From Thermodesulfobacteriota bacterium (lineage in GTDB: Bacteria; Desulfobacterota; Desulfarculia; JACQYL01), in assembly GCA_963675595.2 (NCBI GenBank), contig CAXXLZ010000002.1:4256001-4320000 (forward strand): a DNA stretch of 64,000 nucleotides, given 5' to 3'. A program made the position numbers and the translations under genes. Positions within the stretch are counted from its first letter, which is position 1, and each line of letters starts with the position of its first letter. The notes under the pieces were generated by a model, which did not search any database, was not told the origin of the DNA, and saw nothing but the letters and a program-made list of their open reading frames with translations. Of this stretch, positions 51,130 through 61,357 are shown one piece after another.

Positions 51130-51707
51130 CACGATTTGACTTTTGAAATGGATCAAGGGCGGACCCGCATGGGTTTCCGCAAGAACTTCTATCGGATCGG
51201 AAGATACATTAACCGATTCGGAAAGAACATCATCGTAACGGATAACGGGGATTGGAGTACGGATGAGATTGTACGGGCCTGCCTGGATCGATACATAGTG
51301 GAAAAAGCATTTCGGCAAACCAAGGACCACGACCTGGTTTCCGTCTTTCCGATCCGTCATTGGACGGATGGAAAAATCCGGTGCCATATCCTGACCTGCG
51401 TCGCCGCGCTCACCTACCTTCGAATTATTGAACTCCGAGTGCGACGCGCCGGACTGAATCTCACAGCCTCAACCGTCATGCAGCAGATGCAAAGACTGCA
51501 CTCCTGCCTCTGCTTCAGTCCGGCAAAACGAAAACCCCTCCGCATGATCGAACAACCGAACGACATCCAGGCCCAAATCCTGCACGCCTTCGGTTTCCAG
51601 GTGAACGACGGTGGGGTCTTACAAACTTTCAGAACGTAACTTACTGCTTTTACAGCCCTTATAGACTATTCTGCCCAGGTAACTCTTAAACTCCTGTTAA
51701 ACTCCTG
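51130..51707 (+). pseudogene. IS1634-family transposase 3' remnant with right end
   Basis: FGKNIIVTDN.DW, VEKAFRQTK, PIRHWTD.KIR.H..C; duplicated TTAAACTCCTG end. Confidence 0.8.
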
Positions 51708-51710
51708 TCA

Positions 51711-51919
51711 GAAGACATTGGGAGCTCACGGAAGCCGACCAAGACGATCCGTCGGCCGCATGATACGCGCAGGAGCGTCACGTGTCGTCTTCGATCCGGA
51801 ACGGACGTATTGATAAGAAAGTGGAATACGTTTGAAGGGGGTCCTAGCCAGGACATCTCATCTGTATCAACAACTCCAAAGGGCTACCGGCGTTTGTCAT
51901 GTTAGTCAACAACGTCCCT
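51711..51919. repeat. About 210-bp direct repeat, copy B
   Basis: Similar to 50916-51124. Confidence 0.9.
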
Positions 51920-52042
51920 CACTTCACACTAAAACAAAAAAGGGCGCTGTTAGTAACAGCACCCTGGACACAGGGGAATTGAATGTATGTGTGAAGGCTG
52001 ATCGCCTTTTGTGGCTGAATGATAATGCAGGTTGAGGAGTCG

Positions 52043-53092
52043 TCAAGGCACAACCTGAACAACCTCATCAAGCAAAGACTCTATTTCATCCATCCACACA
52101 GGCCATTTATTTTTGGATGTGGTTACATGCTGGTGGATTTCTTTGATAATCATCGATGTTGTTTTTGCAGTTACTATGGCGATATCAGCGTTTATTCTAT
52201 AGAACTTACTCAGTTTGTCATAACCGCCGAATTTGTCCGGAGCAGAGAAAGGTGATGGATGAACGAGTGAATCCCTGAATGGTTTGATAATCTCCAGAAA
52301 TGAGCTTACCAAATCATCATCTTCATTCCAGAGTTCTTTACCTGTCACAATCTTTGGATACTTGATGATTTTATCTCGTATAGTTGTTTGCCCAATATCT
52401 TTAATAAGGGTTTGCTGCCGATTTGATAGAAAACCACAGTTTTCATCGTATTCAGAAAATTGCCACGCGATGCCATTCAAATATGCCTCAACAAGATTAA
52501 AACAACAGATTATAACTGACCTACTGGAATAGCTTTCTTTTCGAATGATGTCTGAAATACCTTCCTTATCCTCAGCAAGTTTTCTCTGTGATGATTTTTG
52601 ATATTTTTCCAATTCTTCATGGCTGGAAATGACCGCTGATAAAGCCTTGTGTAAATCTTTTGCTAAGAAATCTTCTGGGAATTTGAATTGCAGACCCCAT
52701 AATGAAATCACAACCGTTGAATGCGAAGGATAGCCTTTCAATGTGGTAGGATGGATTTTTGAATACTTGTCTTCGAAATCCTTTAGAGGTATCTCTAACC
52801 CTTTGAATGCCTTGATTTCTTCATAAAGCCTGTCAAGGTCATCTACCGTCAAATTCTCAAAATTTCTCACACAGAAGTTTTTTATTTCGCCGGACATCCT
52901 TTTTTTGATGTCAGCAACAGCGGATTTAAGTTGGCGACGTGGTAAAGATTCCAGTTCATCACTATCAGCTTTTAGGAAATCCACCCAGTTATTGAATTCT
53001 CCCAACATAAGCCTGCCGACTGCGGCGGCCCTGTTTGCCCTCCGGATTTTTTCAGCTTCAATTGTACGGCCATGTTTTTTTAATGCGCCCAT
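52043..53092 (-). CDS. AT-rich protein with HEPN-like RxxxxH motif
   Basis: NLVEAYLN and FRDSLVH motifs; low GC. Confidence 0.65.
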   Translation of the reverse strand: MGALKKHGRTIEAEKIRRANRAAAVGRLMLGEFNNWVDFLKADSDELESLPRRQLKSAVADIKKRMSGEIKNFCVRNFENLTVDDLDRLYEEIKAFKGLEIPLKDFEDKYSKIHPTTLKGYPSHSTVVISLWGLQFKFPEDFLAKDLHKALSAVISSHEELEKYQKSSQRKLAEDKEGISDIIRKESYSSRSVIICCFNLVEAYLNGIAWQFSEYDENCGFLSNRQQTLIKDIGQTTIRDKIIKYPKIVTGKELWNEDDDLVSSFLEIIKPFRDSLVHPSPFSAPDKFGGYDKLSKFYRINADIAIVTAKTTSMIIKEIHQHVTTSKNKWPVWMDEIESLLDEVVQVVP

Positions 53093-53173
53093 GCCTAAAA
53101 CTTACTGTGGAATTACGAAAAACACAGCATATACTCTAAGCTTACGTAATATTTATATATTGGCGCCGCCACA

Positions 53174-53368
53174 CTACACCATAGCACAGGCGAACCCGTG
53201 CTCCTCGGGTCTTTCGTCCCGGAAGTACAGGCGGACCGCCGATTGCAGGTTTTCTACGGCTTGGGCGAGCGTCTCCCCTTGGGTCACCACGAAAAGGTCA
53301 TCGCAGGAAGCCACATAGGTGCGACCCTCTCTTCTGATGGTGCCTTTAATCTTGTCCGAAAGGGGCAT
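53174..53368 (-). CDS. HicB-like antitoxin (orphan, short)
   Basis: YVASC....VVTQGETLAQAVENLQSAVRLY; GGAGG SD. Confidence 0.8.
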   Translation of the reverse strand: MPLSDKIKGTIRREGRTYVASCDDLFVVTQGETLAQAVENLQSAVRLYFRDERPEEHGFACAMV

Positions 53369-53514
53369 GCTCGCCTCCATGTGTCCATAAGACACTTTTT
53401 CGAGAAGCCGGGCGACCACGGATGGAATGAGCCCGGACATTCGGGGATACCAAGCGGCGAGTCTGTGGAATTACTTCTACTAAAGGATACGTCCAAGCCG
53501 GCCGTGCGTCAAAC

Positions 53515-53690
53515 GTAAGCATTCATGGGGTCCATGCAGCTTGGCTGGAACCATTGTCACCGCTTGGTTTTTCCCGGCTTGGCAAGCCGATTACCCCACG
53601 GAGCCTCTCCGCCGGAGGCAATGAGGCCCGCTTGAATTTTTTTGAAGGGAGGTCCGGAGGGGGGGACTTTTAAAAAGTTCCCCCCCGTGA
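53515..53690. repeat. About 175-bp palindromic repeat (second copy at 58224-58401)
   Basis: Near-identical sequences ending in a G-run/C-run hairpin and CCGTGA. Confidence 0.85.
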
Positions 53691-53722
53691 GCGGATACCT
53701 TGAACGAGCATACTGCGCGCGG

Positions 53723-54316
53723 CTAAAAAAGTCCCAGCGCCTTGCCTCGATCCACCGCATCCGGATATTTCTCCATCAAGCCGTTCAATTCAGCTCCTTC
53801 CTGAACCATCCGAATGTCGTCAATGTGCCAACCGGGAATCACCAAGACCCCGTACAGTCCCCAGTCGTAAATGGGGTGCGGCTTTTTCACGAACCCCATC
53901 CAGGTTCCGGCGGGAATGACCTGCTGCATGACCTGGCCTTTGTCCACTTCCGGTCCTAGAACGATTTCAGCCCAGGAACCGTCGGGGTAAAGCAGCATCT
54001 GGATCATGGGAGCGCCGGAGTGATAGAGCAGGATCTCGTCGGAAGAGATGATATGCCACGGATCGATGGGCACATCGGGCGTCATCAGGTAATAAATCAA
54101 AGAGGCGGCGGATCGATCCTTGGGGCTGTCGGCCTTGATGGTCGATTCATAGGTGGGGAGAAAATAGCCGGGACAGGCCTCATCGGACATAGGTCGTAAT
54201 TGCAGGCTTTCAATGACTTGTTGCGTCGTCAGGTGGGGAGGTTCAGGATTACTCGCGCAGCCGTGCAGAAAGATGCCGGCCATGGCGGACAGGGCGATGA
54301 TGGTCCATACTCTCAT
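53723..54316 (-). CDS. Cupin (DUF985-like) lipoprotein
   Basis: LHGC lipobox; IYYLM, WHIISSDEI, VIPAGTW. Confidence 0.85.
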   Translation of the reverse strand: MRVWTIIALSAMAGIFLHGCASNPEPPHLTTQQVIESLQLRPMSDEACPGYFLPTYESTIKADSPKDRSAASLIYYLMTPDVPIDPWHIISSDEILLYHSGAPMIQMLLYPDGSWAEIVLGPEVDKGQVMQQVIPAGTWMGFVKKPHPIYDWGLYGVLVIPGWHIDDIRMVQEGAELNGLMEKYPDAVDRGKALGLF

Positions 54317-56886
54317 AGGCTCCTCGGATTGCCGAATTTGTCGATATTGACGTCAACGGCGTAGATGTCGGGCCGGTAGTCCATTCCCCGATTGAACGCG
54401 GCGACGGCGCCCCCCAGGACACAAAACAGTTCCTCGAAAACCCCGTCGATGACTTCGGCGGGGACCCCATAATACAGGAAATTAATGGGCATGGAGTCGC
54501 CGAGCAAATACACGTCCTTGTAAGGATGGTCGAGGGTCAAGCCGGAAACGGCCTCGGGATTCGCAAATGTGATTCGTATGCGATGTCCCTGCAGCATTCC
54601 TTTTTGCGGATCCTTGATGGGACTGGTTTCAAGAGATACGGGCCGGCCGTCTATGCGGGGCGCGTCGGACCGGGTCAACTCCCCGAGCCAGGCCGTAAGG
54701 TGGGCGAATTCAACCGTTTTGGTGGACCCGCTGGCAAAGAACAGTTCTCCGGCCACCCCGTGCAACAACAGCTTTTCAAAGAACGGTTGTTGAAGAACCG
54801 AAACCCCGGTCATGCCAATAAAAAGATCCAGGTTTTGCCACACTTCGCGCGGCATGTCGTCGATTTGAGCAAACTCGGCAGGTCCTTTGGACAAGGGTTC
54901 CACTTTTAGATCAAGACCATAAGCCCCCCCGTAGGAAACCCGAGCGGTACAGGCCTTCAGCAAATAGTGTCCAATATTCCCTCGAGAACCCAAAACGAGG
55001 ATGTTTCGATGCATGATGCATTTGCCCAAACCATGGAAAATGGACTCCACCGCATTCAGGATGGAGTAGGCGCATGATTCCGCTTCATTGATATTCTTAT
55101 AGTTGGAAAGGGCGATGGTGAAGGCGGGAATGTAAAGTGCGCCGCATTCCTTTTCCATGTCGCGCAATTGGTAGTATCCATTGATGGTATGTTCAAAGGT
55201 GGCGGGCATGATCTCCCGCACCCAGTCTCGGAACAAGGCCGTCAATGGCGCATTGGGCGGTGGTTCGACTTCACAGAAGGTCAAAACCTCACCGAGCGTT
55301 TTGCCTTCATGGCAGAACCGGTTCAATATCGATGCGATATAGCCGCCGTCTTCAATGACGAACAGCTTCCGTTTCTCGTTCTTGGCCGGAAAGGCTTCTC
55401 TGAAAAAGAGGTGCAGGGCGGAAAACCGCATAGAATCAAGATAATCTCCCCGGCGAACGCGCAGCGCGGCGTCCAGATTTTCGAGCCCGGTGATGGGTGA
55501 ATATTGCCGCGAAAGAATATAGGCCCCTTGAATCGTATCTCGAAGTTCCACCCGCTGTAACCCATAAAACTTGAAAGATTCATCGGGCATACTCAGCATG
55601 TCTTCGATGATCGCGTCGGGAACAATCCCGCTGTAGCGAATGAACAGGGTGGTGACCGCGTTGCAGTCCGCTTCCTGCAATGCCTTGATGAAGCCGAGTA
55701 CTTCAGCCGTTGCATGGTGGATCAGCAGAACGCGATAGTCCTTAAGGGAGGATACCGGTCTGTTCCGAACCGTTTGATGGAGCTGAGGCATTCGTTTCAG
55801 GTGGGCGAGCATGTCGGGTTGCTTTCGCGGCTCGCCGATACTGATGTTCAGCATGGCGCCTTTACGGGAAATATCGAAATAAATTCGGTCCTTGCCATCC
55901 AACATTTCCAGTACGTTGCCGGCGGATAAGATCCGAATCACATATTCATCTTCCAGCAGCAAAAGAATCTTGGCGAGCACCGTGGCAAAGGCGGTATTGT
56001 TCTGCAGCAGAAGCAGCTCGGCGGTCTCCTGGGTCCATCGGAAAACCACGCCGGAAACCTCGGTTAAGCCCGCGGAGATGAGAAGATCGAAAAGCACCGG
56101 TTGTCTTCCGGGTATTTCCATGTATTCATTTTGCTGGTTCTGGCACTCACGATGAATGCCGGTGAAAATCTGTTCCACCATGGTGTTGATATCTTGTTGA
56201 TAGTGGAGCCGCCCCGTGTCTTTCACCGTCTGGTGAGGAATGCGTTTTAGGAACAGTCGAGACTCGGCCGAATCTTCAATGGTGAACCGCAGGAATCGGC
56301 CCTTTTCATCATATTCCAGAAGAAAAAAGTAGTTATTGGGCCGGCCGGATTCGTTGTGGAAGGGAAAGTGCAATGCCGTCCGCCGATCACCCGAGTCGGC
56401 ACCGTGAGCATTCTCCGACAGACCGAATCCATTCGGGAAAATCAGTTTTCCCCATTTAGGGGTTTGCAGCGCGTCAAATACCAGCCGTAAATGTTCCACA
56501 AAGTGTTCCCGGGCTTCCACCAGGTGTCGCACCACCGTCCTGCGCGCGTAGATCACCACGTGATCCACCCCAAGAGACGCCAATTCCGGCGTACTGTCGG
56601 AATCCACCACCACCTGGGTCAACACGTCCGTGGTGGATTTACAACAGTTTTCCATGGTCTGTTTCGCCAGGTAACCCACAAAGGCGGGAATACCCGCAAA
56701 GACGCGCACCCCACTGATATCGATGAGAAAGCGGCCGTCCTCGGGTTCCATCAGAGGCACTCCGAGTGTCGTGAGAACCGGACCCCTCTGAACAACCGGC
56801 TGTTTCTTCGCCTTTGCAAACCGTTCCGCGCGAATCAGATTGTTCAGAATGGATCCGATTTGCTTCCCATCCGTTTCCTGAACCAT
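54313..56886 (-). CDS. Large protein with C-terminal S-adenosylhomocysteine-hydrolase-like NAD-binding region
   Basis: IEDGGY, EHTING, VLGSRGNIG and YLLGDSMPINF parallel SAHH motifs. Confidence 0.65.
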   Translation of the reverse strand: MVQETDGKQIGSILNNLIRAERFAKAKKQPVVQRGPVLTTLGVPLMEPEDGRFLIDISGVRVFAGIPAFVGYLAKQTMENCCKSTTDVLTQVVVDSDSTPELASLGVDHVVIYARRTVVRHLVEAREHFVEHLRLVFDALQTPKWGKLIFPNGFGLSENAHGADSGDRRTALHFPFHNESGRPNNYFFLLEYDEKGRFLRFTIEDSAESRLFLKRIPHQTVKDTGRLHYQQDINTMVEQIFTGIHRECQNQQNEYMEIPGRQPVLFDLLISAGLTEVSGVVFRWTQETAELLLLQNNTAFATVLAKILLLLEDEYVIRILSAGNVLEMLDGKDRIYFDISRKGAMLNISIGEPRKQPDMLAHLKRMPQLHQTVRNRPVSSLKDYRVLLIHHATAEVLGFIKALQEADCNAVTTLFIRYSGIVPDAIIEDMLSMPDESFKFYGLQRVELRDTIQGAYILSRQYSPITGLENLDAALRVRRGDYLDSMRFSALHLFFREAFPAKNEKRKLFVIEDGGYIASILNRFCHEGKTLGEVLTFCEVEPPPNAPLTALFRDWVREIMPATFEHTINGYYQLRDMEKECGALYIPAFTIALSNYKNINEAESCAYSILNAVESIFHGLGKCIMHRNILVLGSRGNIGHYLLKACTARVSYGGAYGLDLKVEPLSKGPAEFAQIDDMPREVWQNLDLFIGMTGVSVLQQPFFEKLLLHGVAGELFFASGSTKTVEFAHLTAWLGELTRSDAPRIDGRPVSLETSPIKDPQKGMLQGHRIRITFANPEAVSGLTLDHPYKDVYLLGDSMPINFLYYGVPAEVIDGVFEELFCVLGGAVAAFNRGMDYRPDIYAVDVNIDKFGNPRSL

Positions 56887-56894
56887 GTCAAAAC

Positions 56895-57992
56895 CTATTC
56901 ATCTTCCAAAACGTTCCGCCGTAAATCGGCGGCTTTTTGTTTGAGCTGTTTGAAATAATCGGTGCCCGTAATCTTCTTCAATTCCGTCTTTTGCCTCTTA
57001 TGGTCTATTTCTATTCTTAACTCGGTCACTTGGCGTTTTAATTCGGTTTCACGTCGTCTCACCGCCTGTATCATGGTGTCAAATACCGTCGCCAAGGTTC
57101 CCAGTTCGTCGGAACGAGAAATAATATTCCGCAAAAGGGATACATTGGCGTAATCGCCGGCGGCCACCTCTTCGGCCACGTTGGTCAGCACGACCACCGG
57201 CCCCGTGATTTTCCTTGCAAATACGGCTGATACCAGCAGCCCAATGATCAACACGAAAAGGGTCACAACGCCGAGGATATACAGCTCCTCAACCCTGAGG
57301 TCATATTGCATGCTGATCAGAACATTGCACAACCAGGTAGCCAGCACGGTAAAGATCAGGAGATAATACACAATCATAATGGTACGGAGCTCTATGCGAA
57401 TGCTCAGCAACCCGGCGAATCTCATGAAGACGGGCACAAGGATAAAGGCCCACAGGGTATCCGCGATAAAAATGGGCAGGAAGAGCTGAAAAACGGCATT
57501 ATGGAAGGATATATTTCCTTGCCGCATCTCGACGCCGATGGAAATCATAAACGGAACGCTGGATGCGGCGAGCAAAAGGCCCAGCAAGATCCCGAAGGCC
57601 CGAATCGAAGTGACCTGTTGCGCGCGCCAATATCGTATCAAGCCCGGAATCAATCCCATGAGTCCGTTTGCAAAGCTCCAATAGGGCGCAAAGAAAAAGC
57701 CCTTGCCTCCCATGGCGTACCCCAGCATATCCCCCAAGCCGCCGCTGCAGAACCCCGCCAAGGGACCGTATAGAATCCCCATGAACATGGGAACGGCCAC
57801 CTGGGGACGGAATTCCGCAAAAGTACACCCCGGCAGGTAATATTTCCCGGACAGGAAATTGGCGAATCCGTAGAAGCAGCCGACCAAAAGGCAAATGGCC
57901 GTCTTGTTGATGAAGGATTTAGGAGTGTGGTCCGGCATTCGGTTCATGGTGTGCGCCCATGGGCTGAATCCAAAAGAAGAAGATGGTATCAT
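56895..57992 (-). CDS. ECF S-component-like membrane domain + HAMP + C-terminal coiled coil (start may be 57947)
   Basis: FRP..A.P...GILYGP.AG..G..GD; RSDELGTLA..F..M HAMP motif. Confidence 0.8.
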   Translation of the reverse strand: MIPSSSFGFSPWAHTMNRMPDHTPKSFINKTAICLLVGCFYGFANFLSGKYYLPGCTFAEFRPQVAVPMFMGILYGPLAGFCSGGLGDMLGYAMGGKGFFFAPYWSFANGLMGLIPGLIRYWRAQQVTSIRAFGILLGLLLAASSVPFMISIGVEMRQGNISFHNAVFQLFLPIFIADTLWAFILVPVFMRFAGLLSIRIELRTIMIVYYLLIFTVLATWLCNVLISMQYDLRVEELYILGVVTLFVLIIGLLVSAVFARKITGPVVVLTNVAEEVAAGDYANVSLLRNIISRSDELGTLATVFDTMIQAVRRRETELKRQVTELRIEIDHKRQKTELKKITGTDYFKQLKQKAADLRRNVLEDE

Positions 57993-58079
57993 TCACGGGG
58001 GAGGACTTTCGGGAAAGTCCTCCCCCGAACCCCTTCCCAAAGCATGTTGGACAGGCCTCACCGCCTTCGGCGGAGAGGC
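57990..58079. repeat. Short member of the palindromic repeat family (others at 59304-59388, 60120-60157, 62683-62722)
   Basis: GGGGGAGGACTTTC..GAAAGTCCTCCCC hairpin plus GGCCTCACCGCCTTCGGCGGAGAGGC. Confidence 0.8.
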
Positions 58080-58223
58080 TGAGGAAGAAATGAGGCTTCC
58101 TCACCAATTCCCAACGTTTCCTGCATCTGCTGAATCGGCAGAGATATTCCCAAGTTCGGCGTTGCCCCCTTAGGGACGGAGCCTGCATCGGCAAGGAGGT
58201 CCGAGGTGCCGTCCTCGGGGAAC

Positions 58224-58401
58224 CGTAAGCATTCACGGGGTCAATACAGCTTGGCTGCAAGCATTGTCACCGCTTGGTCTTTCCCGGCTTGGTAAGCCGC
58301 TTACCGCACGGAGCCTCTCCGCCGGAGGCGGTGAGGCCTGCTTAAATTTTTTTGAAGGGGGGCTCGGGGGGGGAACTTTATAAAAAGTTCCCCCCCCGTG
58401 A
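58224..58401. repeat. About 175-bp palindromic repeat, copy 2
   Basis: Matches 53515-53690. Confidence 0.85.
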
Positions 58402-58428
58402 ACGATTCCTCTTCCTGAATGAACACCT

Positions 58429-59184
58429 CTACCCAATCAAGGCTTCGGCCACCTGTTGAAGTTCCAAGGTAATGGGGTGTTCGGGGTAACGAATGGCGAA
58501 AACGCCCTGGCTGGCAAGAGTCATCATCTCGTCGGAGTGCGGTATGATGGCGGCCACGGGGCATCCATAAGTGTCTTCCACCATTTGACGAATTTGTTGG
58601 GCGTCAAACGTTGCCGGGACCTTGTTCACCAAAATCATCATTTTCGGAACATCCAGTTCTTTGGCCACCTCGATGGTCAAGCCCGTGCCTTGATAATCCT
58701 GATAATCCGGCCGCATGACCACCAGAACCGCATTGGAGATGGCAATGGAAAGCAGGGTTTCTTCATTTAAACCCGGATGCGTATCGATGATCAGGATATC
58801 CAAATGAAACGCTTTAATCAGTTCAGTGAAGCCTTGACTGAGAAGGTTTACATCATATCCGTCGTGCAGTACCTGCGCAATATCGGAAGCGTTAAGGCTC
58901 GACGGAACCAGATAGACGCAGCCCGAAATGTTGCCTCCAATCGAAGAAGTAACATCATAGGCGGCTTGTTCGATGGTGCACTGTCCCCATAAATAATCAT
59001 TCAGGGAATAGTCTATTTCATCTCTCCCCACATTGAAAATAACATGTATGCCGGGCGATTGAATGTCGGTGTCCAGGACCCCGACCCGTAATCCTTTTTG
59101 GGCATAAACGGCCGCCAGGTTGCCGGAAGTATTGGATTTTCCCGTGCCGCCGCGAAAGGAATGCACTGAAATGATGTGCGCCAT
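58429..59184 (-). CDS. MinD/ParA-family ATPase
   Basis: SFRGGTGKS deviant Walker A, DTDIQSPG, IDTHPGLNEE. Confidence 0.92.
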   Translation of the reverse strand: MAHIISVHSFRGGTGKSNTSGNLAAVYAQKGLRVGVLDTDIQSPGIHVIFNVGRDEIDYSLNDYLWGQCTIEQAAYDVTSSIGGNISGCVYLVPSSLNASDIAQVLHDGYDVNLLSQGFTELIKAFHLDILIIDTHPGLNEETLLSIAISNAVLVVMRPDYQDYQGTGLTIEVAKELDVPKMMILVNKVPATFDAQQIRQMVEDTYGCPVAAIIPHSDEMMTLASQGVFAIRYPEHPITLELQQVAEALIG

Positions 59185-60345
59185 CTGAAGAGCCTCTATT
59201 TCTCGAAACCAAACCGAACAAAAGACGATATGGGCTGGTGCGGGATTTCAATGTGTTGCCGAATGACTTGTTGCGCATGAGGCCGGCATGAGGTACGCAT
59301 TGGCGGGGGAGGACTTTCGAGAAAGTCCTCCCCCGCGCCCCCTCCCAAAGCACTTTGGGCGGGCCTCACCGCCTTCGGCGGAGAGGCGCATCGCTGCATG
59401 TCTTGTGAACGGCGAAAGCACCGTCGTATGATGATCGGCAATATTTGGGCAATCATTCACGTGAGGAACTCGTCTATTGTAGGGGCAGGCCACAGTGCCT
59501 GCCCAAGAGACGGCCGAAGGCCCACCTTTTTCGCTGTACCCCCAAGGTCACCCTGTGAATACGAACGAATTGAGGAACTCGCATTGTGACCATTCACAGG
59601 GAAAGGAACTTTTGTATTTGTTCCCCGGGTCCACCTGCGAAGGCATGAATTTTTCGTAGAGAAGCTGTGACGGCGTGGGGTTTCGGATTAGGGCGCAAAG
59701 TTCCGGCGCACCCCGCCTCACCGTTCGCCGAGCCTCACCGGGCTGTCTTTCGAGGGATTCCTCCACAGAAGAATCCGTACTCGGTATCGTTCGACGGTGG
59801 CAGGCTACAGCCTTCGGATTGATCGGGTCAATCTCTTTCCGGTTGATTTCAGCCCTGAAGGGTTGGAAGAGCGTTCCGGACAAGACTGGATTCGTTTCCC
59901 ATGCCCTTCAGCCGAGCGCTTGGATTGGCATTCATTCCCGCTTTGGGGCATTCCCATGATGCGGGCTCCGTCTCTAGCCGGACAAAACCGAACCTGAGAG
60001 CATTCTTGCCGAGTCGGTAGAGGTAAGGACCGTTGGGAATGGGTGAAGAAACCTGATTTCTGCCTCAGGCTCTCCGCTGAAGATGATGAGGACTGTCCAA
60101 GGTGCCTTGTGAGGGTGCCCGGGGGAGGGCTTTCTCGAAAGTCCTTCCCTGTGAATGCCGACCACTGAGCGGTGCGGGCAGCCTCCCGAGCATTGGTTCC
60201 CCGGAAAGTCTTCTTCCTTCGGATTCATGCCGAATCATTGTCCAATCCATTGGACGAACCCCGTTTTCGTCAAGGAAACTTGTCAATGCCGAGAAATGAG
60301 GAGGCTGTCTTGGTCACACCGCATATCCGAATATAATATCGTGCT

Positions 60346-60789
60346 TCAGTAGGAGTTGCTTTGGCTCCCAACGTATTGATTGAAATGGAGAGCGGACTGT
60401 AATGCGTCGGGATAACACTGAAAGTTGTCGCACCAAGTGCTTATTATTATTTGATATCGGCCGTTTCCAACAGGCTCCTTGATGACCGTGGCCGCTAATT
60501 TGGTGGAATACTCAGGGGGACCGTAGGTTTCGATAATCGTATCCGTAACGATCTGAATCTTCATTCTGCAGTTGCGGGCAACCCATATCTGCGCGGCGCT
60601 CCACTTATTCGCGCAGTCCATTTCGTCGTAACAGATGGGTATGGTATTCTGAAATTGTTGCCTCATTTGCGTTGCTCTGCGATTGGCTGCGCAACCGGAG
60701 AGAACGGAAACGAAGGACAGGAAGAGCAGAAGCCAAGATAGGTTGAGAAGCCCAACAGGAGTTGCTGATTTTGTCTGCCTTCGAGTCAT
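60346..60789 (-). CDS. Putative lipoprotein
   Basis: LSGC lipobox; four further Cys. Confidence 0.7.
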   Translation of the reverse strand: MTRRQTKSATPVGLLNLSWLLLFLSFVSVLSGCAANRRATQMRQQFQNTIPICYDEMDCANKWSAAQIWVARNCRMKIQIVTDTIIETYGPPEYSTKLAATVIKEPVGNGRYQIIISTWCDNFQCYPDALQSALHFNQYVGSQSNSY

Positions 60790-61357
60790 GCCGTACTCCT
60801 CGTCGGTTTGGGTTTGCAGGTTTCCTTGGGTTCATTCGCAGCGTATACGCAGGTGCAATAACAGGATGTAGGTGGGTGCAGGAAAGGCTTCTAGTCCTGT
60901 CAGCCCGTTGAAAACGGCTGGTTATAGGGTTTTCCGCGATGCTGAACCTATTCGCCTGTGCCCGGATCGTTTTCGACCATCCGTGCGCCATCTTACACAG
61001 GAAAAGGAGGACGCAGTCAATTGGGAATTCCCGTCATTTTTTGAGGAGTTTTCCCAACGTTCCGTGGGCCGGTCCATTCGCCCATGCCGACGTAACGGCC
61101 TTTCTCCTGTCCCTTGCCCACGAGGAGAAACCGATCCCAACTCCTCACTACTCCGCCCAATCGCAAACCCCGTCCGACAAGAACCCCCGACACCCCCGCC
61201 CGGTCCTGTCGCCGAACCACCCATTGTACCCGGCCGCTCGATGGGTTACTCTGCAAACTCCTCATGATTGGAAACGCAATGACCGATGGGATTTCAGACC
61301 CACGTGGAGACGAATGCGGTAAATCCGGCCCGGAACCCCATCCACAGGAGCCTACAT

